The notes under the pieces were generated by a model, which saw nothing but the letters and a program-made list of their open reading frames with translations, ran no database searches and was not told the origin of the DNA. From Spizellomyces punctatus DAOM BR117 (Eukaryota), in assembly GCA_000182565.2 (NCBI GenBank), contig KQ257457.1: a DNA stretch of 64,000 nucleotides; one strand, 5' to 3'. Every line of letters starts with the position of its first letter. The first letter of the stretch is position 1. The position numbers and the translations under genes are program-made. Shown piece by piece: positions 38,647-51,000 of the stretch.

Positions 38647-40044
38647 CAAATCTCTGGCTAACCGGAATGGATGGGAACATTTGTTGGTTTTTATTATTGT
38701 ATATTGAGAAGGAGGAAGACAGAGAGCCGCCTTGCCTTGAGGCAACAGATGACCTCTTCCCATTGTATTGGGTCCATTCTTTAAAAATGCATACATGCGC
38801 TGTCTGGACAAAGAAAGTCAATAGATTAGTTTTTGTTATCCACTGACACTCTCACTTGACCACCAAGGATTGGCACTCAAAATCATGATCAAGACCATTT
38901 CGTAGACAACTTTTTGCATTGTGAATTGACGCTCCAACTGCAGGGCCTCGCTCGGCACAAGTGACGAATCGCTGCAGATGCGCGATTTTCTCTGTCAGTT
39001 CATGAGACTCTCTTCAAACTGTCCATGACATAGACTATGCACTTGGCATTATGTATGATTGAAAGGGGATATACATTCACTCGTCTGCCTCACGAAGGGT
39101 TGACGATATGATTTGATACTAGGTGGTCCAATTGCAAATCTATCTTTTACTCTGTAGAGTATAATGCTAGAAAGCGGGATACATGAAGATACATTGGTTG
39201 CCCTCATGCTACGAGCTAGGAATAACGCAAGGAACGTATGTTATCATGCAGCTATCATTCGTTATGCTTACTGCTCCTGTTTCGCAAGGGCAATTCCCTA
39301 CTAGTAACCCAAAACCATAAGTGAGCAAGCCATGCGATAGCTTTTTGCTGACCACCTGAATCGGGTCTTTGCGTTATCCATAAGCTGGCAATAGCTCCGA
39401 GTAGGCTCCGGAAACTCTATAACATACCATTCATGAAAACGGCGAGAGGATCGGCAGATTTGTTCTGCAAAAAGCTGACAGTGGGAGGCTTAGCATATTC
39501 CGATCTTGAAGCATTAGAAAATGGATCCCACTGTACATATTCGAACCAGTTGCCGCAATTACGTGAGATTTGTATGAATCCACATCCAACCAGTAGCCGG
39601 AACCAAAAGAACACTTCACATCAATTTGAACACCTCAAAGGGCGCCTTGTCGACAGAAATGCAGCCTCAGCGCAAGGAAAAGATTTTTGTTTTTGGGACG
39701 CTTTTTGAACAAATGGCAGAAAATAAAAAAAGAGGAGGAAAAATGCAAGTGTAATTCAACACTCTTTTGGTCGATATGTCGTTCGTATTTGGATGATTCG
39801 GCACATGCGTTCACAGCCGCTTCCCCCCCAATTTCACTGGAAAGAGCAATTCTTTTCTTTTTGCATCTTCTGGCCTTTTGGCGCTTAGTGATCAGCAATC
39901 TTGCACAAGCACAGAGGAAGGAATTCTTGTTCAACGTGGAAGGGAAGGAAGGCATTGGGAAAGCAATTCCTCTGAAAAAGAACGGGGAGGAGCTCTCACC
40001 ACTGACCAAAGAGCTTTTACCGTTGTTCCCCAAGAACATTTGCA

Positions 40045-40900
40045 ATGGTCCATTATTCTACTGCTCTCCTTTCAGCTGCTGTCGTTGGTTTAGCCAGCAC
40101 AGTGGCAGCTCTTCCCACTGACATAAAAACCTCAAAGAACGTCGCTGTCGGTATTCCCGTCCTCCTCGACTCTAACGTACCATTGAATACTACCTTCCCT
40201 GGGAATGAAAACGAACTCGTTGACTATGAAGATGACCCATTCCCCGACGATTTGGAAGTGGAGTTGGAGAACCCTGCCGGCTTGGAAGAACGTGACCTCG
40301 AAAAACGAATGACGGCAACCCAGTACTGGCGTCAGACGTGTGTTGGCCGGCACAACCAAGCTCGCCAGCAGGTTGGCGTGCCACAACTCCAATACGATAC
40401 TGGACTGGAGGCGAAAGCTTGCAAGTGGGGTGCATATTTAGCTCAATACAACAAGTTTGAGCACGGTAGTACGGGGGAGAATCTGTACAAGGCTTGGTCC
40501 AGCCAGGCGTTTGATGATACAAAGAAGCTCAAGAGTTGTCAAACTGCCACAGATTCTTGGTGGAGAGAGATTTCCTGTACGTTATCTGCTTTAACTAAAC
40601 ATGTTGGCATCAACCCGTCTCACACAATGTCCACGTTACAGACTACAGATACGGTCAAAAAGTCGGCACAGGCAACTTCCACGCCTATGGACACTATACC
40701 CAACTCATCTGGAAGAAAAGCCAACGCGTCGGCTGCTGCGCACAACGTTCTGGAGATCGTCGCACCAATGTTGTCGTGTGCAGATATGACCCACCGTAAG
40801 TGCAAGAATAGGCATCCGCTTCACATTCCGTCAAATGTATTCTGAACAAGCCATACGTTTCTGTCGCAGTGGCAACTACATCAATCAGTTGCCCTACTAG
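40045..40900 (+). CDS. Secreted CAP/SCP (PR-1/Pry-like) protein
   Basis: Signal peptide; HNQARQQVGVPQL, GENLY, and after intron 40577-40641 GHYTQLIWK..VGC..VVCRYDPP-GNY; stop at 40898-40900. Confidence 0.93.
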
Positions 40901-41997
40901 ATCCGGTCCCCGTTCTACAAGAGTAACCTCTTGCATTTGAGATCCCGCCCGTGGCTCGAGTAATTGTCCATTTTCTATGACACAAACACATCCCCAGATC
41001 TCTTTTCTGCAACGCTGACTAAAGGCAGGCCCTTTATAGACGTTACATAACACTACAGTAGACATGTGTTTTAGAACTAGTGGTAGATGATGATTTTTTT
41101 TTATGCATTGTTTTGCCTATTGTTTTCACAAGTTCTGTTTGGCTATTGATCTCAGTTCTAGGTAAATACAAGCCCTTTTCCAGTGATTTGCGAATGCGTT
41201 TGAAGATTGCATGGCAGACAGATTGTTATTTGGCCATATGCTACAGATTCCGTAATGCATCTGGTACTTGGAAATCCACAACTGGAGCAACTCTCGCTCA
41301 GGAGACGTGAAGCTAAGAACTCGGAGCTATCCTTAACACCATACCTGGCGGTATTATCGCTGTCCAGTGCAAGTATCATGTCCCCAAAGGACTTATTTTG
41401 TGCCAGTGCAGTATTGTTTCAACGTAGTATTGCTTCATGGCAATGAATACACTACTTTGAAATACTGTCCATACTCACTAGTGTTCCAACACGTGTAATG
41501 TAACATTATTGCAGCTCTCTCCCTAACCAGGATATAAATAGCGACAAAACCTCAGGAACGAGACGGCGGATGCATGTTCTGGGTATTTTGGCAAACGGGA
41601 CATGTATTCAATGTTGTGTGAAATATTACTTGTCGTTTTGGCCTTGGCGATTTTGTTTTTTTGGCTTTCTCAGGACAGCGATCTGGCGCTGGTTCAGTGA
41701 ATTATTCAAAAAAGGTGCTTGCGATTATCTTGAGGATTGGACTTTGGCAGAGTTGTGGTTTTTCTAATCCGTTATTTTAAAAGTTTTCAATTGTACATAC
41801 ATATCGATTCCTGTTTTCCACAACCGGCGCTGGCCTCACCCATGCAGTAACAGATTGCTCGACTTTCGCGCCCACAGCCGTCGTTCACGCTTCCCACTGC
41901 CAATCTTCCTATTGTTCGTCGACGACCCTCTAGGCTGGTCCTGAGGTAATCTCCGCGTCAAATCTCCACTTCCCTCGCACTATCCCTTCTATAAGAG

Positions 41998-44900
41998 ATG
42001 CACGCTATTCGGAGTGCAGCTGCCGATGCAGCATCCAAAACGGTACCAAAGGTAAGGACGAAATAGTAGACTGCAGTTTGTATTTGATTTATAGGTGGAT
42101 GAGAGCATCGAGCTAAATTTACGTATTCCTCAATAGGACAGTTACTTTGCTCAACTCAAAGTCCTCAACGGCATTCTCCTACAACTCAAATCCGCCGAAT
42201 TCACATCAGATGGTGCGTCCAAGCGCTTTGCTTGCAAACGTGAGGCTTTGGCTCTAACCAGGTAGTGCAGGACGACCCGAGCGGCAGGATGATCGGATAG
42301 AGCTATTGGGCATGTGTCGGCAGTGCATTGATACTATGGAGGGAGTGTTGAGGCAGGCGGATGGTCGATCGCAGACCAAGCAGCCAAAGGCCGGTCCTTC
42401 GCTGCCGCCGAAACCAAAATTGACAATTCGTGAGTTGCTCTTCAAAGAAAAATGTGTTTCATCCGGCTTGGTTCTTATCAGCTTGAGGGTATTTGGCAGA
42501 ACCAATAACGGACAGAGATTCGATTGCAAGCAATCCCTTCATGGACGCTTCGGAACACACTCCCGTAAACGACAAGCAGCTTACCTCCGTTGCAGCACAA
42601 AACAGCGGGACAGGTCCTCCACCGCAAATTAGTCTTTCAAGCCGAGAGTCGGATGATCTTTTCTCACCCTACAGTCCAAGGCCATCAGGCTCAAACGGTA
42701 GCACCCTGGAAAACCCGAAACCAAAGCATGTTCGACCGTGGGCATCTCCCGATATACCACCATCGCCTCTACTTGTTCAGTACAGAGAACTCAACTCTCA
42801 GCTGTACGAAGCAATGGGACGACCTGGTTTGGAAAAGGGGCCAAGTTCTGCATCACTTTATCATGATGGAGAAGAACATCCTACCACACCCCAACGGTTG
42901 GAAAGTGCGCCTACCCACAGGCGATCCCTCTCGGACGGCGCCACTACCGTGCGAAGTAAACTCGCCCGAGTAATTTACCAAATCCTTCTAGCAGCCAGCG
43001 CCGCAAATGTTACCACTTTCCGTCCTGTTGTCGTCGCCTTTGAGTTGTGTCTGATTGATCAAAAGATATTTGACAAGCTCCGTCCTGCTGATATGATTAA
43101 CCACCGACCACCTAATAACCCCTCGCCGTCAGTTCACGCCTCGACAGAATTCTTCAATTACCTTACCCGGATGATTGAATTTTCGATTCTGGAGCCAGTC
43201 GAAGCGGGGGATAGAGCCGTTGTGATTCACTCTTGGACCAAAGTTGCGTGGAATCTGTACCAACTGAGGAATTTGCAGTCTCTGAAGGCTATCGTCAGTG
43301 CATTAGGGACTCCCCCTATAGCACGATTGAAGAGGACATGGGGTCTAGTGCCAAAGAAATCAATGACAACGTTGGAGCAGTTGCGGGAATTGTTATCGGA
43401 GCAAAACAATTACACTGCGTATCGTGAATGGCTTGCCCGAAGCGTAACGAGACCTATGGTTCCCTTCTTGGGAGTTTACATGCACGACATAACGTATCTC
43501 CTCGCCCTCGCGAAAAAGGATGGAACTTCACCAGCGTCGGATAAACGTCTCAAAGAGATCTTTGACCAAATGGAGTTTTACCAAGCGGGGCAAAAGTATG
43601 CGTATGAGCAGTTGACTGCTCTGTTACGGTTGGAAAAAAAGTCTGGTGCACTGGGATTCAAGAAACAGCAGAAATCGGGGATCAGTTCTCGTGCTCCCCC
43701 AGAGCTGCTTCCTTTGCGCGAAGCAGATGATGAGACGGTTGGCCAATTTGTGGGGCACTGGATCTTGTCACGGAAGTGGTACACTGAGAAGGAAATGGAT
43801 GCGCTTTCGCTTGCCAGGGAGCCCCGACATATTACAGAGTCGACCACCCCCAACAGCAGCAACTCAACACCTCTCTCCCAAATCGTTATTGAGGATGTCA
43901 TGTCAGAGCCTATTCCGGATTTCGGCGGATCAGGATATGATTATCTAGCAGCCAACAACATTGCGGTACCACCAGAGTTTTTTGGTGGGGTCAATGCTGC
44001 ATCCATTTTGAGTGAACTAAAGCAAAACCGGAAGCGCATGTCAGCCGGAGCCATGTTGATGGAAGCTTTGAAAGGGAGTGCACTTTCATTCGGATCGAAG
44101 AAGCAAGCGTCGATACCTAGACGACGAAGCATGGGTGCTGTTAATGGCATTGCAGAAAATGTTGCGACTGCTAGTGGTAAATCTGATGTTTCCGGAGCGG
44201 ACGATGACGGGCGTAGTTCTGTGACGAGTTCTAGTAGTGAGTGGAGCTTGAGCAGTTTGAAGAGTCTAGTCTTTGAGGGTGAGGAAGGTGGAGATAAGGG
44301 TCGAGATGGATTGGATGGAGAGGAGCGATACACGGATCATGGAGACGGGAGATCTTCAGACTCTCAGTCCATAACAAAACAGGGCAAACCTTCGTTGGGC
44401 TGGCTGTCCACTGAGCTCAAATCGCGCATCGAACAAATGTCCACTACACCACCAGGCTCAACATCCAATGGAACGACCAGCGGGAGTGTCCAATCACCCG
44501 CATCAGAAGCAAGCCCACGTACCAACAAGCGACAGCAAAACCGTATCTCAGCCATTTTCACCGGATTTGTAGGTGGAGGGGCCTCATCCAACAACAGTGC
44601 ACTACCCGAGAAACTGGCCAATCATGCCGAGACCCATGCTGAGAGCGACGCTTTCCCCTCAAATCACCGTAATGTTTCTGGGAAAAGAGGGTTCGGCTAC
44701 GTTCCTGGAAGCCCATCCTCTCACATATCGTCTCTCGCACCTTCCTCATCACGTTCCCATCGCCGAACTCAATCCACCCCGCATGCGCGGTTTACAGACG
44801 CTTCCTCAGACGCACAAGCCCACACGCAACCAAAGCGAGATCTGCACAAAAACCATCTGGCAGGGGAAGCAGATGCACATGGACCACCTCCGCGCCCGAT

Positions 44901-45765
44901 CCCCCCAAATCGGCGCGGAGAAAGCTTTAATGGAGATCCATTTAAAGATGGTCCGGAGAACCATGTGCCACGCATTGCCCCAAAGAGCAGTTTGTCAAAA
45001 GCCGAAGTGTTACATGAGGATGGGAGGACACGGTCGCAGTCTCATCCACCTCCACCGCCTATTCATCAGCCTCCGCCCAGACCTCCTCCGCCGAAGCGTG
45101 ATGCCCCAACACCGCATCCCGCTTCACATGCTTCCATATCACATGCTCCCGCATCTCATTCTCCTGCGTCTCATTCTCTGTCATCTTCTCATTCAGGGGT
45201 CTCTCATTCTGTAGCATCCTCTCACTCGCATCCAATACCATCGCATGCAGAACACGATGAAAGCGGATGGAGAAAACAATCTTCAACCGGACGGTGGACA
45301 CTTCATCAAACTGGATCCGACAAAGGATACCAGGGCGATGCAGAATTTAGACAAGGTCATGAACCCAAAGATGGTGGAAATATCTCTTCTTCGACTCCCA
45401 CAACAGCACCTACTCAAAGGCACCATCGTACACCAACCCCCTTCAAACATCCCCCATTAATTCCGCAACAATCCACACATCAGCAATCCATATCCCATCA
45501 TCCCCCAACCCACCAGCCCGCATCCTACCACCCGTCACCACAAAGACTCCTCCGTCCAGAAGATGACCATATCAAAAGGCAGCCACATCGGTACACATGG
45601 ACGCCAACCACAGCCGCGCCAACCATACCAAGATCCTCAGAAAGGCCCACACCGTCGGCTCCACCGGCCGTTCCACCAAAGCCTCCCGGTATGAGGGAAG
45701 CGGGAAGGGAGGCGGTGGGAAGGGAACCACCAGTCGTACCGCCGAAACCTGGCAGAAGGACGTAA
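41998..45765 (+). CDS. Ras guanine-nucleotide exchange factor (CDC25-type RasGEF domain) with long Pro/His/Ser-rich tail
   Basis: FFNYLTRMIEFSIL, LRNLQSLKAIVSALGTPPIARLKRTW, NYTAYR and PMVPFLGVYMHDIT (about 43000-43600); C-terminal PPAVPPKP and PPVVPPKP motifs. The short 5' exons are uncertain. Confidence 0.88.
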
Positions 45766-45956
45766 AAGATCTATGTACAATGCTGGCGTTTGAGAAGATG
45801 AAAATAACGTTTTATTTTTTTTTTTCTATTCCTTCAACGCGGTCCTTTTCTTACTGAGACTAGTTTACATCAGATGGAAGTAGTAAAGCGAATAATGACA
45901 CATTAGAAACATTATTCTTGGTACAAGATGCAGGTCTAGCCTCCAAGTCAATGCAA

Positions 45957-47327
45957 TTACCAAAGACTTGAAAACATCTTCCCCATTCCTACAACAATCT
46001 CACTAATTTCTCTTGCCAACTGTCCCATGGCCCATCCAATTGGTTGAATAATATACGCATTGATAGCCGACCCGACAGCCATAATCCCCCTCCAAATAGG
46101 AACAATGACGTACTCGCTCAGTATACCCGCTACAAAAGCGATACCGCTTCCGATTTGGGTGATACACCACCAGATGGGGCTAAGAATGAAATCCCGGATC
46201 CCTCGTCCCAGAAAACACAGCAAGCGCCATAACGGTGAGAAAATCCATCCAACCAATCCTCTCCAAACCCATGAGACAAACTTGACGATTGCTTCACCAA
46301 TGACTCGGGAGATATACCAGCACCCGTCCCACACTGCAACAATGCCTTTCCAGATCCATCCCAGAATGACCCCTATGCCACGGAATATGGGGAGAAGGAT
46401 GTAGTTGTAGAGCGCCTTTACTATCGCAACTATGAAATTGCCCGCTGGTGCGAGGATGTAGTTGTACAATCCTTTGAGGAGGAGAACGATGAAGGCGTAT
46501 ATGGGATGAATAATCCATGTGTAGATGAAATCCAGAATCGTAGATACGATGAACCAGATTCCCCTGCATATCCATGCCATACCTCGACCAATGGGGTGAA
46601 GGACGTAGGTCCAAATAGCATTACATCCGATCTCGGCTCCTTTAACACCCATTGAAAGAACCCATCCTATCCCATTTCCAATCGGTACGACGATATAGTT
46701 CCAGAAAGGTACCACTGTCCAGGTCCACACGAACTCTATGCATGTCCCCAATAACTTGAAGATCCATTCAACGCCCCATATCAGGCCTTTGGCAACTGGT
46801 ACAATCACGTACTTCCAAGTGAATTTGGGAAGGAGATATAGGATAAAGTACAATGGGAAGAACATGAAACTGAGGAATTTGATAACTGGGGAGCGCGGCG
46901 CGGGAGGGTAATATGATGGTGGGTGTGCTTCGACGGAGGGTTCGGTTCGTCCGATGCTGTCGCCATAGGATGGTGGGAGTTCTTTCGAATCATGAGTTTC
47001 AGTGTGACCTTTTGCGAATGCTGGTGCTGCATCAATGATGATCGAGACTCGATCGCCTTGCGAATCATCGGCTTCGTGATCACTTTCGTATGATTGGACG
47101 GGGACAATGTCGGGTACACCAGCAACGCCTAAAGATGATTGTGGTGGACAGTGATATATTGGACTTGACGGTGGATGCGCAGCCTGGGATGGTACATCTA
47201 TTGTGGTGTGCAGGAGGAAGGCACTCTCATGATTTGCTGCGGACGGCTGGGTGTCTTGGTCTTCTATCACCATGTCTGTTGTGACAGAAGAGTTTGTCGG
47301 CTCTTTGATGGTTTGGTAGTCCTCCAT
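45957..47327 (-). CDS. Trp-rich repetitive membrane protein with N-terminal PPxY motifs
   Basis: Intronless ORF, probable ATG at 47327. Acidic disordered N-terminus with PPSYG and PPSYY, then about 300 aa of hydrophobic/amphipathic repeats [WY]x[YW][IV][IVL]xP[IV]. Confidence 0.75.
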   Translation of the reverse strand: MEDYQTIKEPTNSSVTTDMVIEDQDTQPSAANHESAFLLHTTIDVPSQAAHPPSSPIYHCPPQSSLGVAGVPDIVPVQSYESDHEADDSQGDRVSIIIDAAPAFAKGHTETHDSKELPPSYGDSIGRTEPSVEAHPPSYYPPAPRSPVIKFLSFMFFPLYFILYLLPKFTWKYVIVPVAKGLIWGVEWIFKLLGTCIEFVWTWTVVPFWNYIVVPIGNGIGWVLSMGVKGAEIGCNAIWTYVLHPIGRGMAWICRGIWFIVSTILDFIYTWIIHPIYAFIVLLLKGLYNYILAPAGNFIVAIVKALYNYILLPIFRGIGVILGWIWKGIVAVWDGCWYISRVIGEAIVKFVSWVWRGLVGWIFSPLWRLLCFLGRGIRDFILSPIWWCITQIGSGIAFVAGILSEYVIVPIWRGIMAVGSAINAYIIQPIGWAMGQLAREISEIVVGMGKMFSSLW

Positions 47328-48016
47328 TCCAGCTTTTGGTACCTGGACTAAATCATCGAGAAGGTCTTCTCGCCTGGTCCTTAAAATAAACGCCCTATAA
47401 ACAAAGCAAGGCCTCCGCCTCATTTGTCCGACAGATCGGTCAGCGAAGGCTTAGTAACGCGTTTACACAGCCTGCCAACAACATCCACGGAGACAAACTG
47501 AAAACATATCACAAAATCGACACAATTCAGATATGGAACTGCAGAGGCACGGTACATGTCACATCGTAGCAACGTTAAGATATATACAAGGCATTCAGTT
47601 ATTGAGTAAGCCGGATTTGGAGGGTTGTGTAAATCTTAAGCTGGGGTACGATATCATGGTGTATTGGGCTGAAGACAAGTACCAAATCCCCAATGATTCG
47701 GGTGATAAAAGTTGTTGTTGTGTTGAGGTCATTTGTTGAGGAATGGTTGCTTGCAAGCAAATGATCCACAGAAAGAAGGCTCGTCCTACTGCTTTGTGCC
47801 GTCGTGGAAGTGTTCAAAAATCGGATGCTAAAAAATGGCAAATTCAACGAGCCGCCAAACTGTGCCACGCGTAAAGGCACAGTTGTGTTCGGGCAATCCT
47901 TCGGCTGTCGAATTTCGCTTCGTCGTCGCTATTTTTTTAGAGGGCCTCATCGCCGTCGTTTTTCCTTTCCAACAAGTTCATTTCACATAGAAAATATCAT
48001 TATAGACTTGTCATGA

Positions 48017-51000
48017 ATGACGGGGCCGCGCTTGTTCAACTGGCTGAATTCAAAGGATGAAGGTGATGGTCAGCAAGATGACAGAGTACAAACAGACAAC
48101 TCTGAGGAGATCACAAAGAAATCTAGACCTGCAAGACTAAGCATTGACACTTCCGACTCGACTTTGTCTCGAACATCCTCTACTGTCTCTGAACCATGGC
48201 ACTATGATGCTACACCCGATCACCCCCTTGCTATCGCCGCCGACAATTTGCCGGAATCTCACACTTGGCATGCAACAGCCAGTCCCGCGTCTCCCGTTAC
48301 CTTTCCCGCCCCAGTTCCTCTTCGAGATGACTTGGACGATGCTCCTTGGTTCGCAATTGCTACTGAAGAACAGCCGAGAGCACTGTCTCCAAGCTCTCCT
48401 TTAGAGATTGTTAACGAAGATGCATGGTGAGGAAAGGCGCAAGTTGTCTCGCTGTAACCCCATCGGATGATGTAACTTGTTTCTTCTCATCATAGGTACG
48501 CGGAGGCAACCGTAAGATCGCCCGTTCGAGTCTCATCTCCCCTACCAGTGTCAAGCTCGCACTCTAACGCTGGTGACGAAGAACCAGACTTCTTTGCCAC
48601 TGTTGCATCACCCAAAAAACCATTTCGCCTGCGGAAAAGACGAAAAAGCGAGGCGGGAACAGAGTCTTCGCGAAGTCTTACACCAGATAGTGCATACTCC
48701 GCGACTACAAGTATCGCGGGTTCAGAACATGGTGAAAGTGCAGCTGACGACGATGGGGACGATGCAAAAACGGTTCTCACCACCAGATCAGAACCCATAA
48801 AGCAAAAAAAGAGTAGGCTCTCATTTGCGAATAGTGACATCACGGGTTCCCTCCGGTCGGCATTTCGCCGCGCACTTTCGCCTGATCCGCCCCCATTACC
48901 GCTACGATCGCCGACTCCAAATGCCGCGCCTCACACATCCATGTCCATTGTACCCCCCACCCTCCCTTCTCGACCATTTTCAACACCCCCTATATCCCAG
49001 CAATATGACGATCATGTTGAATTCTACTCTCCTACACGGTCAACCCCACCGTCACCGGCACGCCCGACAAGAACCGAGCAGATCATACAGACTGCCGCAG
49101 ACCAGATTGATGAGACGAGCGTAATTTTGTCTCGTCTGTTGAGAAGCGCCAAGAGAGTCGTAAAGTCGAATGCACCATCTCCTATACCCGGGACTGTCGT
49201 TAGAGCGACGTTCAAGAGGACGGAATTGCAGGCCGAACGGGTGGAACCTACCGGCCAACTCCTTGAATCCGAACCAGTATGGCCGGTAGTGAATGGTCAT
49301 GTAACAGATGTACCTGATGTGGAACAAGAGCAACTGGCAGAAGAAGCAAACCACGTGGGAGAGGAATTTCGGCTCATGTCTATCTGGCCCCATAAAGAAG
49401 GCGTGCTTAGCGACTTGAACGCTCCACAGGGATTATACGCCACACAAGCGCAAGTCTCTGAACCGCTAGAGACGCAGATCGTTTTACCTGTCATTGATGG
49501 TAGCCGTGAAGATATGGAAGCTCCTCGGTCGATACCTGCGAACCAGTTGGATCACTCACAGCAAATTGATTGTCAGCCGATAGTTCCAATGATCCGAGCG
49601 TTGTGTGAAGAACTGACCGATGGGTGTGTAGCTCATGACGCATTACCCTTTGAGCATGCAGATGACATCGCGCTGGATCCAGTCATTCCAATGACAACAG
49701 CGCGGGTTGAGAGTGTCCGCATTGATGTTGATCCAGAGAACGTCGAACATATGGAGGTGGCCAAGGAGCTAGATGTGTGCGTTATATCACCGGTAGCAGT
49801 TGGGTTCCAAGTTGATACCCTTGAAATGGGCGTGGCGAGGGATGCTTTGTTCGAGCAGGCGGCAAAAGAAAGCAAGATTGGTCTTATCTTACCCGTGGAT
49901 ATTGGAAGTCAAGCGAGCAGCATCATGCATTCTGAATCCCTGGTCACTCCAGGAGCGAATGCCCACAATCAAGATATTTCCCCTGCTCGCGATATACCAT
50001 CGTCGATGCCGTGGATCTCGACAACCGACATTAGTCAAAAGGATCCATTGGCAGACGCGGACTTGATGTCAAATAGGGACGTGGGCGTGGGTATTCCACA
50101 GTCTTCGAGTCATTCAATCATTTATGCAAAGCAGGCTGAGTTGGTGGAAGTGGGCCGAGACGTACAGTCCGGCCCAATTCAACCAACGGTCATTCTGCCC
50201 ATTACTGGAGGGAAAGTGGACAACAAAGACATCGTATTTGCGGATGCCAGTATAGAAACCATTGACCAAGACGCTCACGTTTTCGAAGTGCACCCAGTTT
50301 TGCCAACGGCGCAAGCACAGGAGACTGTAGAGGTCCATTCACATGAGGAGGAGACAGACGGTCCCATATTTCCTGCCTCAAATCTTGTGGTTGATGGAAT
50401 CTTCCCTATTGCTGATGGACAAGTGCACTATCGGGATGATATGCAATTGGGCGGCGACGCGCGGGACGCGAAGATTGTAGTACCTTCATCGCCCGTTCCT
50501 TTGAACGTCGTACTTCCGCATGTGCTACCCCCTTCGTTGCAGAACAGTAAAAGTGGGACCACGGAGGATGATTCTACAATACGAAGCATTGGTAGAGAGT
50601 TCGACGCTAAACCCCAGGGAGTATCACAGTCCTTTGACATGCCTCGAGAATTGGAAGCGAAATCATTACCGTTGTCGCCAACCATGAAAACTACAATTCA
50701 CCTACCATTTGCGAGAGCCGTGGATGCACAAGTTGACGTAGAGGAGCACCAGCGCTCATCTGTGGAAGGAATTGGGAACGCTATTGATCTCACTGTGATG
50801 GTACCTAACTCCTCTGCTGAACAGATCGTGGTTCAATCTGATCCGGCAATAGAGGTGATTCGACATCTGGTTGAAGATCGGACTCAATCATTGGAATGGA
50901 TTGCGCCGATATGTTCTGGGGAGATTGCACAGCTTCTCGATGAAGCTGAAAAGGTTGTGGAGTGCCTGAGAGAGGCAGTGCCGGTTACCATAGACCCGCT

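Noticed and set aside
38850..39710. Short ORFs such as 39433-39708
   Set aside because: No recognisable motifs or convincing splice structure.
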